Source: Nageia nagi
Lineage: Eukaryota > Plantae > Pinophyta
Direction of reading: 5' to 3'
Assembly (NCBI GenBank): GCA_050084985.1
Contig: JBITNC010000001.1
Span: 18,042,001 to 18,106,000, forward strand
DNA: 64,000 nucleotides
Shown: piece after piece, positions 48,996 through 62,574 of the stretch
Layout of the letters: each line of letters starts with the position of its first letter
Position numbering within the stretch: the stretch's first letter is position 1
Translations under genes and position numbers: made by a program
Notes under the pieces: model-generated
Told to the model about the DNA's origin: nothing
Database searches by the model: none
Seen by the model: only the letters and a program-made list of their open reading frames with translations

Positions 48996-50482
48996 TTCTC
49001 ACCCTTTGGCATTGTTGTTAAAGCTTCGATCATGTTCCTCTCTCCTTGTTTTAATGAACAATGTCAAAGGTGTATGATTTGACCATGAGGGCACTACATG
49101 ACTATAGGTTCTTCAATTCAAATCATCAATATTTTTCACATCAATATATGCATCTTCAACAATAACACAATTCCATATGAAGCAATAACATCATCATGAA
49201 AACATAAGAACATGTGCATATAATAATATTTACCATAAGCACTTCAACATCTCTTATCAGTGAATCCACCATGAGAATACCAATGGTAGAAAAAGAGACA
49301 TAAGTTTTCAGGAAATGCAAGCAAGAACAACATTCTACAATCTTATCTCCCTATATTCATTAATAATGATAGATGAAATTTTTTCCTATAAAATCATATA
49401 CTATACCACTTCTTAATAGTAAGGAGCATGCAACCAACACAACAATAGTATTATGTGTAAGTACAAAAGTTATAATACATAACATTATGATAACACTAAT
49501 AACAAGATAACTTCTTTGTAAGAAAAACCACTTCAAAATGGAACATTAACTACTGTTATGAAACCAACTTAGAAAGATAACTCAATATCCATTATGATTG
49601 AGTAGAACCAATTGTATCAAACACCATGAGTGATACCCATAACACATAGGCTTGAAACCATGCATACCATCTAATTCTTTGACAATACATCAAGCCTATA
49701 ATGAGTAATAATACCATCCATATTCAAGACAATTCCATCAAAAACAACATGGGTAACTTGAGCACAAAGCATCATAAAATTCAAGTAGACCATAACCAAA
49801 ATGTATTTTGTCTCATCATCAGTAACTTAGGAATATTTAGCAGTAAGAGTATAAATAATAGTAACATCAAGTTATTGGCATGATTATTATCATATAGTAA
49901 CACATAAACATGAAAACTACATAAAAACTCTTCTACTATAGCAACAAATACTAATTCCTTAAGAAAATATTATTGTTAACTCTTTGTCAACTCCCCCTAA
50001 GTCACACCATCCATAAAGTCAGTCACATAAGAGCAGAAAAATAAGATAATAAGTAATTTCTTTCCTTGAGAATGCGATTCTAATAAGCTCTATTTAATAA
50101 TTCTGTAGCAACATTACATAAACATAACAACTTATAATACCATGATCCCAATGCAATATTACATCCAAATAATGATAGCGCCATGCTTTTACTCAATGCC
50201 TTCTCCTTTCCATAGGTACTCTATGAAGAGTGCACTCTCCTCTCTTCATACAAATAAACCATGATTGAATGTACACCATCCTTAGTGTAGTAGTAGAAAC
50301 ATAAAAAAAATAACTTCCTACTACATGCTCATCCTTATTATTTTAATAACAACATATATAGGAACAATATGACAACAACAATAAGAGCATCATTATGACA
50401 CCATGAAAATTAGTATTACCAGCATAAACCTTGCATATTCTTTCAACATCACTTAACATCATTAATATTATATCATCTTTAA

Positions 50483-50708
50483 CATCAAATTACCAATGAT
50501 AACTCCATTACCCATGGTGTGTTCACAATAGTTACAATCTTTAATAATGACAACACATTCACATTGATCTAACCAATCAACACTAAACACTTGCATCAAA
50601 GTTCCAATGACAACTCCATTACATATGGTGTGTGCACAATAGTGATAATATTCAATAATGAAAACACATTCACATTGATATAAACAACCAACACTATACA
50701 CTTGCATC
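50483..50708. repeat. Two-copy ~111-bp tandem repeat in the family-X internal region
   Basis: catcaaa...ccaatga.aactccattac...acacattcacattgat...acacttg repeated. Confidence 0.85.
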
Positions 50709-52761
50709 CTATTAAAAAATGGAAAGCATTTACTTCCCCTTACTTTTTGCTCACCATCCTCAAGTAACCATTATGAGATCATTTTACATTTGTAGGAGCT
50801 TTAACATATACTTTAATAGCTCCCCCTAAGGATGTGCTACCATTGACCTTATTAATGGTATGGAAGTATGCTAAATCCTAGCTTTTACTACCATATTTTA
50901 GTTGTCTTCATCTGTCCAAGGAGAAAGATTTCATTTTCTTATTTCTTTCTCAAGACCTTCTTGCTCTCGAGTATGGATTATTCATTTATCTTCTCTTCTT
51001 CAAAATTTGAAGAATTTTTTTTTGGGGCTTGTATCTTATGCATTCTTGATGGAAGATTATTCTCCATTCCTTGATGCACATGGTAATTTCTTCTTTATCT
51101 CTACTGCATTCTTTGTGGTTGATAAAATCTGTTATCTTTCCACCTATAGGATGCAAAGATGTTTCTAGAAAATCTTGCTATATGCCCATGATTGTTGCAT
51201 TTAAAATATCTTACATCATAATCAATTTGATAAGCATATAAATTTCTACCAATATGACTCTTTGGTCTAATATTTTATTTGCAATTAGCTACTCTATGAG
51301 TATATCAGTTGCATCTAAATCATCTAACATTATCATTTAGCATAAATTTAAATGAGCTTTTTCTGATAGAGTTTCTATGCATTACATTTGACATACATCT
51401 TATTGCCTTATGTCCATATTGATTGCATTTAAAAAAATAACCATAAAATACATTATCATAGAGAGGGTGAGATGGAAAAGACCTATTTTGCTAATGTTGA
51501 CTTGATGTAGATATTCTTTGGTAGCTTATTTGGTATTATTTCCAACTTGATTATTGGTGTTGATGTGTTGTAGTCCTTCCTTGATATCTTCTCTAATGTG
51601 CTCCTTCAATGATTTTATCTTTATATTTTATTCTCTCATTATCCAATCTTATGTGCTTCCACTGATTATTTTCCTTCGTATGCTTTGCTCCTTTTTCTTT
51701 TGTAAGAAGTTTCTATGATTTAGCTTCATACCTATTTTTCTTTTCTCTCATAACATTGAAACTCTTCTTCTCTACATCTTTAGAGGATGAAGGTTATTTT
51801 CCATCATATCCAAGATCAAATCTTATATTGGGGTCTCTTTGTTTTCTCAACATATCATCCAACAACTCAGAGCTCTTCTCAAACTTGAGGCTTGTAGTAA
51901 CTTTAGATTGGCTTCATCTAGTTACTTCCTCAATGAAACAATCTCTTCTTCAAGTTTGTAATTGGCATCCTCTTTCTCCTTAGTTTGCAATTTGAGGGCT
52001 TCTTCAATTCTTCTAGCTTCTTCCACTTGAAGCTTTAGATATTTAATTATTTTATTTTCTATCTTTTCATGCTTACTGCATTGTTCCACATGTAATATTA
52101 ATACTTCCTTCATCATTTGAGTTGTTTCAATTTTCTTCCTTAGCCCAACAAGCTTTTCTACAAGTTTACTATCTACTTGAGCATTATAATTTAATTATGA
52201 TTTTAGAGCATCTTAAATCTTCTTAGATTTTTTAATTTGTAGACATAAATCTTTAATAGTTTTATCAATTTTATCAATCTACATTCTCCAGCATTCAAGT
52301 TCTTTATCTGGTGTGCTACATGCTTTAACATTGTTATTAACTTGTGCTCTCAATTCTTCTTTGATATTCTTAGCCTTTTGAATCTATATTGAAAGGTATT
52401 CAATCATGTTACCATTTTCTTCCCCTTTCTTAGACATTCTTCTATTCTTCCTTCTTTTATTATCCAATTCATTTAAGGAAGATATGAGTTCTACTTCAAG
52501 ATCGACTACTGCTTCTATCTCTTCAACTTCAAAATCTTGCATGATGTCAAATTTGTATTCTTTATCTTCTATGGAGGATATTACACTTAATTCTTCTTTT
52601 ATATCTATAGCCATAGACATGAGTTCATATTTGCATTCTTTTGGTTGCGCTTGAGTTGATTAAGGTGCCTTCATAGATCCTTTTCTCTCCCCATTATGTA
52701 ATAAATCAAGATCTACCCTAGCTGATTAAGCCTAACTTGGGAACTTGGCTCTAATACCAAT

Positions 52762-55718
52762 TGTTAGTCACATAATGAAAATGATAGGGGGATGAATTGA
52801 TGTATTATAATTTAAAAACTTAATTGCATAATTCATAAAACTTAAATAATGAGAGATAAGAATTGAAATCAACCAAAGTAAAGTAAGCACATAAAGAGAG
52901 CATCACATAATACAAGATGTAATGAGGTTTACCAATATGGCTATACACTTGGATAAGATTGCTTAGATCATGTACAAATATAACCATTGAAAAGTACTAA
53001 GTTTATAATCATTTACCAACACCAAATGAAAGGAGCATCAATCCCTTTACTTTATCAGCACCCACTGGAAGGAGCATCATCCTCTACTTTACCAACACCA
53101 GCTAGAAGGAGCACCAACCCCTAAGTTTTGCAACACTAAATGCATAGAGCATCAACACCTAAGCCAAGCACCAACTTGGATTTCAAAGCTTAACCACTAG
53201 TTTGAAATATAAATATGCCTTTGCTATTCCTAGATCATTATCTAATCTACAACTCATTAAACTTCACTCTTGACTACCTCTATTTGAATATTGCACACAA
53301 TATCAATATCCAATCCATTGCTATCTTTTTCATTCTATCATTGTATAATCTTCATTAGCATCTCAATCTAACACATTCTCTATTCTATTTTTTCACTTTA
53401 ACAGTCACACTCATGGAGACTACAACTTGTTCAATTGTCATTCAAACATACTCATTGCATCTCCTTCACTCTATTACACTTCGATTCATAATAGCAACTA
53501 CAATAGCTTTAGATTTTCTTATACTTTTATTACTTTGCTATCTCTTACAAATACCTTCTACTCTCATTCATATACACCATACACATATATTCATTAGTTA
53601 ATCATTCATGTAATTGTATTTTCAATCACAAATACTGTATCATTCTCCTCTATGCCTTCTTATCTTTTTACTACTACTCTCTTTCTATATGCATTACATT
53701 CTGCAACCCTCCTTTTTTTGACTTACTCTCCATTCTTCTTCAGCTAATAAATAAGTCATTCACACCATATTACTACTATTAAAGTATTTTTAACTTATTT
53801 ACAATGGCATACTCCCTACTGGCCTGTTACTCTCACTTCATCTTCCTTATGCTCTCTACTACCTTCTTAACAAAACCAACAACTAATCTCATAATCACAT
53901 TTCAACATTTTTACTTAGCTAGTTGAAAATAATTCTTGATGATCATTATGCTAAGTTGCAACTATCCCCAACCATATTTTTCAATTACTTTCTTGAAATA
54001 ATCACCACTCCATAGTTATTTTTGTTAGGTTACACATAATTTCTTTTTCTATTTTATCCATAAACCATTCTTGATCAATAATTTTGTTCATGGTGGTCAT
54101 TTAGTTACAAACTCTTCACTTTAAATCACAAAAATAATAAACACAATCAATTCCCATACATTTAAGCATCTATAACTTTTGATAAAGGTGTACAAATGCA
54201 ATAAAACTCCACCATTGGATAGATTATGTCTGGTAGATGCAAATCAAGTGGTCATATATCCCTTTTGCCTAAAAAATAAACATTTGGCAGTCATTTTTGT
54301 AACTACTGCAGAAAATAAAAGTCATAAACACCCAAAACAAATTATAGGATAATTGCACTTCATTTATCCTCTATTTGGATAATCAAACTTAGTTTATCCT
54401 TAACATTTTTAACACCCAACAAACTTTGTTGATGGTTGACAAACTTCATTGATGCCCGACAAGGTGTGTATAAATGCCCAAAACATGTTGGATAATCAAA
54501 CTTAGTTTATCATATAATTTTTTACCTTGTAAGTGCTTTATTTTGATCCCCAAAAAATGTTTATGATTCTTGAATAACCTTTTTTAGCCCCAACAAACAT
54601 TTTTTATGCCCAATAAGCATTTTTGACATATTTTAGTACACTACTTTGTTTGCTAGGAAATTTTACGATAAAGGTGGGCATGCATATACTTGTTGGAAAG
54701 CTTATTTCGATAAATATAAAATAAATAAAAAACAAATTAATTTGAAATACATACTGAGATTTATATCTCTCCAAATATGATTGATCCCTTTTCTATGATA
54801 AATTCTTACCATCACAACTCCACTTTGCATTGTAAGACTCTTCCTTCCATTGTCAAACTTTACCTTTTATTATCAGAATTTAGTTGCTATTATTGGCCTT
54901 CACCTTACATTATTTGATATCACTTTATATTATTAGCCCTCACTCTGCATTGTCAAACATAACTTTTCATTTTCAAGCTTCATATTTTCTCTACAATTTT
55001 ACCTTCTTTGCTATGGTGTGTTGACAATAACTCTACTATAATGTGTTGACAATAATGATATAAAACTCTTGATCAATACATATAACCATGTCATAAATTA
55101 TTATTAATACCTAAAAAATACTCAATACTACTCAACACTACATGTATTCAATATTCGGTAACTCTTGGTAGCATATTAATAGTTAACAACATTAAAGCTT
55201 TCATTCCTAGTAACATTCAATACACCTATATTAGCATACAAAATTCATCCTTTACATAGTGTTATAAATTTTCCTATTAACATTCTCACAAACATATGGT
55301 GTGGATGCCTTAAACTTAGCATTAGCATGATGTGAACATTATCCTTCCTATGAGGTCATATTCCCTGATAGTAAGAAAAATAACAGTCTGTATGACTTGA
55401 TACTATATGTTTTCACTATCGATACTCCATGACTTTATGGGTTGTTCTTCATGTTATTTATCCAACATTGTATAGCTACAATTCTAACAAATTGCATGTG
55501 CACAATAATATGTGCATTTAATATTATTCCATCCTGATAACCTTTGGCATAACTATGTTGTCATCCTACAAACCTCTATAGACACCTACACTCTTCAACT
55601 TTATGATAGCAACACTTAATTTGATAGTATAACTTCATAGGTACCTTTGAAATTGTAGCTGAATTGTCTTTATGAAAATAATTTTCTTAAACAACAATGA
55701 AAAAACCACGTGTCAATA
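52762..55718 (-). repeat. Family-X 5' LTR (~3 kb)
   Basis: Adjacent to PBS; colinear with 43326-46320. Confidence 0.88.
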
Positions 55719-57545
55719 GTTTTGAAAGAGCTAGTAACATTAAAAAATGGAGCTATCACAAATGCAAAAGAGATAAGGAAGCTATATACTAAAAAGAGAA
55801 GAATCAATTAATATGGTGGAAGCACCAATATTGATTAGATATACCACTCAAAGGGATTATAAGTTAACCTTCTCAATTCAACCAAGGATAATTTTTGTAT
55901 ATCTTGTAAAAAGAGGTTTGTTGAAGCCCATGGAAAGGAGACCATTAGATGATAATGTGTAAGTTAATAATAAGGAGTAGTGTTTTGCATATCATAAAAT
56001 AAGGATCACTCTAAAACTTAGTGCAAGAACTTGAAGGGTGCAATTTTAGAGCTGATTGCAAAAGTAAAATATGAGATCCAAGAGCCAAAAATAATATAAA
56101 ATATTGATCAATAGTTTGCATATACAATTTCCATTAATGAGGAGATTTATGTCAACATTAGAAGAGTACATACCAAGCTAGTATCAAATCCAATTACATA
56201 AGAATTAGTATTCCACATATCCAAGAGCATATAATATGTTGGAGCAATTGGAAAATACACAAGCAAACATTAATTTATATGATCTTATTCAAAATTTCAA
56301 ACCACATAGAGATATGTTGTATAATGCTTTCAAAGGTGAATAAGTTTCTACAAATTTGGCTATCTCTACATTTTTAGAATTAGTTGACTCATGGAAATAA
56401 TGTAATGTCATAAAGTTTGATCAAAGTGAGTCTCCAAAATAAGCTGAAATAGATGAATATTTGGCTCTTTATATCACACTATGTATATTAGAAGGGTATG
56501 AAGTTAAGAGGTCTTTGATTAATCCTAGATCTAGTGTAAACATTTGTTCTTATAAATTATTGTAAAATAGTTGCATTTCCTATACAAGTTAGTTCTAAGA
56601 TCTTAAAAACTCCAATTCATTTCATAAATAGAAATTTGACATATAATTTGTTACTAGGAAGGCCTTGAATCTATGTTATGAGGGTTTTTCCTTCAATATT
56701 GCATAGGTATTTGAAATTTGAACATGAAGGATAATTGCATATAATTAAAGCTTATCAACAACCATATGAGTTTTCTAATCTTGATGATCTAGACCTAGAT
56801 GTTATTGATGTTCCTCACATGGAAGTTGATTTATTTAGATTACCTATTGAGGAGAGTAAATAAATTTTAAAAAATATAGAAGAACATGTTTATTTCATCA
56901 AATGTGACATGATACATATATAATTAAATATACGAATCCAATGTTGTTTGTAAAAACTTTGGATAATCCCAAATATGCACAAGATCCATTAATGAAGTAC
57001 AAATTTTTAGTCACAATTCCAACATTGTACCTTTGATAGATAGATAAAAAAATACCTCTCAAGAAGTTATTGTGATGCTATCAAAAAATATAGAAATTAG
57101 TTAAAGTGCAAACTAGAGATTAGGTAGGACAAATACATCATTGGTCAAAAGTCCTTTTATTGAGAAATATTTTGAGAAATATAATTGTTAAGGAGGAGGT
57201 TTGGGAAAATTTAAAGAAAGCATAAAAAAATATTTATAAAATTACAAAATACCTAAAGAGTAGGGTTGGATTAGGATTTTGGTCATCACAAGAAGAAGAT
57301 ATGTTAGATTATGCAAAATTATTCAAGGAATGTAATGTATGCATATCAATAATATAATGAGATTGATGAGGAAATGTGGGTATATAATAAAGCTCAATTG
57401 GAATTTGATTATTTCAATGTTAAAGATGATATATTAGAGTTCATGGGAGTAATATTAAAATTACCAAAGTCTAGTATCAAGAGATAAGGATGTTACTCTT
57501 TCAATCAACTTGGATAGTTTAAAAATTTAGAGAATATATTGTAAT
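55719..57545 (+). pseudogene. Old Gypsy gag-protease segment, copy 2
   Basis: Colinear direct repeat of 46321-48204. Confidence 0.65.
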
Positions 57546-60500
57546 TATTAAAAATAATACATTAGATAATAATGGATACTTTAGGTATCTACATGTTTAA
57601 TAAATACATTAGTATTTATACTAATGTCTCGTATTTTAATATTAGGGTTTATGGGTAATTTTGTTATCTCTATGGGAATGTAACTCCCTCTCTATTGTAT
57701 TTAAACCCTTATCAATAATGGAATATCAATTCTATCTTCCTTCCAAAATGGTATTAGAGCATGATGTATTATCTTCCTTCTCTTCTCAATCTACCCAATG
57801 AAGCTATGGTTTCTTTCCATAGCCTAGGGATGATTGTGTTGAGAAAGTGAAGTACAAAAGAATATCTTTGAGGCACAACCATTTTGTGTTCAAGATCTAG
57901 AAAGAGAGGAGAAGATCTATTGATCTCTCCCTCCCTCCTAGCCTTTGAGAATCTCCATTACAACCATTCTGTGAAAGAGAGTTTGAAAAGTAGAGAGAGT
58001 AGTTTGAAAAAGTTGAAGGCTTGTTGAAATGCTGAGAGTGTGCAAAAACTTTTGATCTTCCTATTCAAATAATGGACCTCCAAGGTATAAACTATTTGAG
58101 TTTGGCTCAAAAATAATTAAATACCTTCAATTTTTAAATCAAATGCCTAAAAAAGTGAAGAAAATATCAAAAAATTGATTTTTAGGATGTGGTGGAGGTT
58201 TTGAACTTGAGACTTGCAAAGTAACATGGCCTAAATAGCCCAAAAATTTTTATTTCCTAATTCGCAAGTGTTGAAGGGTAATAATTATGCCTCTTGGAAA
58301 ATGAAGATTTAGATAATCTTGGAGCTCAAAGAATTATGAGACATTACAACTGGTAAAGAAACTCATACAAGGATAACTAGTGATGACCAGAACAAGTTTG
58401 ATCAAAGAAGCAAGAAATCCTATATGATCATTTTTCTTAGCATTTTAGATTACGTACAACCTCATGTTCAAAACTTCAAAGATATTGCAGAAGCATGGAA
58501 GAAATTATAGCAAGTGTTTGCCTCAAAGAATAAAAATAAAATTCTACACTACAAGGATAATTAAATACCCTAAAACTAAAAATTTGTGAACAAATTGAAT
58601 CCTTTCTTCCTAGAGTTGCAAAACTCCATGCCTCCATATTGGAATTAGGTGAAGATGTAGAAGATATGCTCCTTGTACCCATTTTTTGGAGAGCATTCCT
58701 AGATAAATATCACACCTTTGTGATGATATTGAACATCTTGAAGCAAACACATAAATTTGAAGAGTTGGTAAATATGTTGCAACAAAAAGAAGCTTCTCAT
58801 GCGACCTCTCATAAAGTTGAACAAGCCATGTTATCCAATTAAGAGGCAAGAAACCTTTCCAATAGGAAGGTAAAGGCAAAAATTTCCAGCAGGCTAATGA
58901 TAAGTAGTAGAAAAGTTGCATGATTTGTGGTAAGAAAGAGCATGAATTACAAGATTGATAGTACAATTATTTTGCTCAAGGCTCTTCAAATAATAAGAAT
59001 AAAAAATAAAAAGGGAAAAATCCTCATAATCAGGGGAAGTGGAAACAAAGACAACCATAATGAAAATGATAGGTCAATGTTGTAAATATGTTTGATCAAG
59101 TGATTGAAGATGTTAGCAATATCACATTTGTTCATCAAGAGAACCCTTCAGTATCCTTTGCTTGGTATATTGATTCCAGTACTTACAAGTATATGAATGG
59201 CCAAAAGGATTGGTTCTCTTCCTTGGATGGTAATGCAAATCTTGGTCAAGTTCAAGTGGGTGATGATACATCCCATGAAATTGAAGGTAAGGGTGATGTT
59301 CATGGTCAACTTCAAAAGAATAACTATCATTTCAAAGAGGTCTTGTATGTGCCAAAGCTCAAAAAGAACCTCCTATTAGTTAGCTAGATGCTGGACAAAA
59401 ATATGAAAGTGGAGTTTGATAGTGTAAAATGAGAAAAGGTTTTCTTCATTCATGATAAGTCCAAAGGATGTCGAATTGTAGCAAAAGCAAAAAGAGTTGG
59501 GAGAATATTCCTGCTTAATGTTGTAGCTTCCAACAATTAGGAACTCAATGTTCATGTTACGAATGTCATCACTCATTAGTACCATAGATTTGGACACATG
59601 AATCCAAACTAACTAATCACTCTGCAAAAGAAGGATATGATACATGCTCTTCCATCTCTTACTAATGTTTGTTCTACTTGCATAGTAGGAAAATAACATA
59701 GAATCCCATTCAATGATAGCACACATCATGCTAAAGGACCTCTTGATGTGATCCATACCGATCTATGTGGTCCCATACAAGCTACTATTTTTGGCCTCAA
59801 ATACTTTCTATTATTTGTTGATGATTACTCCAGAAAAATATGGGTGTATTTCTTGAAGACAAAGGATTAAACATTTTCTTCCTTCAAGGAATTCAAGAAA
59901 CTTGTGGAGAAATAAACTTCTAATCATATCCATGTTCTTTTCTCAAATCAATGGGGAGAATACTTATCAAATGAGTTTTCTACATTCCTAAAGCTACATG
60001 GAATTTGATGATAGTTGACCACATCCTATACACCACAAAAAAATGGAGTTTGTGAATGTTGAAATTGAACCATTATGGAAATGGTAAGAAGCATGTTGAA
60101 AGATGTAAAAATGGATGGATATTTTGGGTTGAAGTAGTGAATAATACTACAAATCTATTGAATAGGGTAGCCACAAAAGCTCTTTATGGGATGACACCTG
60201 AAGAAGCATGGTCAGGAGAGTGACCAAATAATCACATCTATAAGTGTTTGGTTGTACTACCTACATGCACATTTCTAAGGAGCAAAGGAAGAAGATTGAT
60301 GATAATTCAAAGAGGTGTATTCTTCTTAGGTACAATAGTGAATTTAAATCCTATAGAGTCATGGATCCTACTACTCAAAATACTTATATCAACAGAGATG
60401 TAATCTTTGATGAGATTGGTGAATCTTCAATTAGTCTACCTGTAGAGGTACTTGAACTTGATAGTGGCCCCGTGATCAATTATGATGATGAGAGTGAAGT

Positions 60501-62412
60501 TATAGTTATGAATTTTCCACCTCAAAGACCTAAATGGTATGAAAAAACACTCCAAGATTCAACCTTGAGTGCTTTACCAAAAATTTCAACTTCCAAACCA
60601 AGGCTATAGAGCATGGCTCATGAAGAAGTGAATTTGGCACTGATGAGCATAGTTGTAAATACACTTGAACCTAAAATAGTTATTGAAGCTATTGAGCTAC
60701 TACATTGGAAGTCAACTATGTAGGTTGAATTTGATGTATTGATAAAAAATGGTACATGGAAGTTGGTAGATATTCCACCAAGGAAGAAAACCATTAGATG
60801 CAAATGGGTGTTCAAAAGCAAGTATAAAGCTGATGGTACACTCGATAAGCACAAGGCTTGACTCATTACCAAAGGGTATGCTCAACAAGAAGGTATTAAC
60901 TATGAGGAGACTTTTTCTCCCACAGCAAAGATGAAGACCATCAGAATTACTTTTGTAATGGTAGCTCAATTTGGCTAGAAAATCCATCAAATGGATGTCA
61001 AGAATGCCTTCCTAAATAGAGACTTAGAGGAAGAAGTCTACATGCTGCAACCTAAAGGATTTGTGATTGATCCAAAAAAAATAAAAGTTTGTAGAATAAT
61101 CAAGTCTTTGTATGGTTTGAAATAGGCCCCTCGAGCCTGGTACATAAAAATTGATTCCCACCTACTACAACATGACTTCAATAGGAGTCCATATGATCCT
61201 AACCTCTACCTTTGACAACATGGGGGGAGATTGTCATAGTTGAAGTTTATGTTGATGATTTAGTTATCAAAATAAGTACTGAGGAGTTGATCATATCTTG
61301 TAAATATGACCTAAAATGATCATTTGACATGATTGACCTTGGTTTACTTAACTATTACCTTGGATTAGAGGTATAACAGATGAAGGATTATATATTTATT
61401 TCATAAATGAAGTACACCAAGAAGCTATTGAAGAGATTCAGGATGATAGAATGTGATCCGATAGCCATGCAAATTGAACCTAGTTTACATTTTTCACACC
61501 ATGATTATTCTCCATTGGTAAATGCAACTCTCTACTATCAGCTGATTGGAGGGTTAATTTACCTAGCATACACCAAGCTGGATATTTGCTATGCCATCAA
61601 CTATCTTTCCAGATTAATGCATGAACTGAAGAAGGCCCACTAGATAGTGGTAAAGCATATTTTTAGGTACATCCATGGCACTGATGATTATGGCCTAGAG
61701 TACAAGAAGAATAATAAGTTTATCTGTATGGATATATGGATGCAAATTATGGAGGATCCTTGGATGATAGAAGATCGATGATAAGATAAGTGTTCTTCCT
61801 TGGATCTGGACCAATTTCATGGGGTAGTAAGAAGCAAATCATCACATCTAAGTACACCATAGAGTTAGAATATCATGTTGTAGGAGATACTATTTGTGAA
61901 GTAGTATGGTTACGTTGTATTTTGAAAGACATTGGAATTTCATAGACATATGCCATAGTTCTGCATTGCGATAATCAAGTTGTATTGAAACTAGTTCAAA
62001 ATCCTTATTTTCATGAGTGCACCAAACACATTGAGATACATGTACACTTGATTCAAGATAATGTTTCACTACACAACATTCAGCTCCAATACATTTCCAT
62101 GAAAGAGCAAATTACAAATGTCTTCACTAAATCTCTTGACAATGGAAAGTTTGAATACTTTCGGAGCTTCCTCTCATGTCATCTAAATACCTAATGTATT
62201 ATGGGGTGGTATTATAAATAATACATTATATAATAATGGATACTTTAGGTATCTACATGCTTAATAAATACATTAGTGTTTATACTAATTTCTAATATTT
62301 TAATATTAGGGTTTATGGGTAATTTTGTTATCTCTACGGGAATGTAACTCCATCTCTATTTTATTTAAACCCTTCTTAATTATGGAATATCAATTTTGGA
62401 TTCTCTCCAATA
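57546..62412 (+). mobile_element. Ty1/Copia LTR retrotransposon with short (~200-bp) LTRs
   Basis: LTRs 57546-57748 and 62210-62412; PBS tggtattagagc 57749-57760; PPT 62201-62209; TSD GTAAT/GTAAC; empty site at ~48200. Confidence 0.94.
58255..62194 (+). pseudogene. Copia gag-pol pseudogene
   Basis: LKGNNYASW gag start, WYIDSS protease (59088..59387), HTDLCGP integrase ~59755, RT ~60750-61700, HECTKHIEIHVH RNase H (61985..62194). Confidence 0.92.
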
Positions 62413-62417
62413 GTAAC

Positions 62418-62574
62418 ATAGATCAAACTTCATTAGGCCAATTGATTACTTAGATTATATGTTAAATGTTGTTCCCATTACAAAGCCAAATGAAGAAGTT
62501 AGAGTTTGTATAAATTTTAGAGATATCAATAAGGCTTGTCCCAAAGATGATTTCTCATTTCCAAACATAGATAT
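62418..62574 (+). pseudogene. Old Gypsy RT N-terminal fragment
   Basis: Translates to FIRPIDY...NVVPITKPNEEVRVCINFRDINKACPKDDFSFPNID. Confidence 0.85.

Larger units (their letters stand above)
48255..55718 (-). mobile_element. Non-autonomous SIRE-like Copia (family X): partial gag, no pol
   Basis: PBS gctctaatacca 52748-52759; coiled-coil gag pieces 52384..52620 (EAVVDLEVELISSL) and 51922..52116 (LKLQVEEARRIEE); decayed CCHC knuckles ~51170-51450; no IN/RT/RH motif between gag and PPT. Confidence 0.75.

Noticed and set aside
43326-57545. A single element with ~4.8-kb LTRs (43326-48204 and 52762-57545)
   Set aside because: The PPT-adjacent copy fixes the LTR end at 48995, equivalent to 46320 and 55718. 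The extra 1.9 kb is host Gypsy coding sequence.
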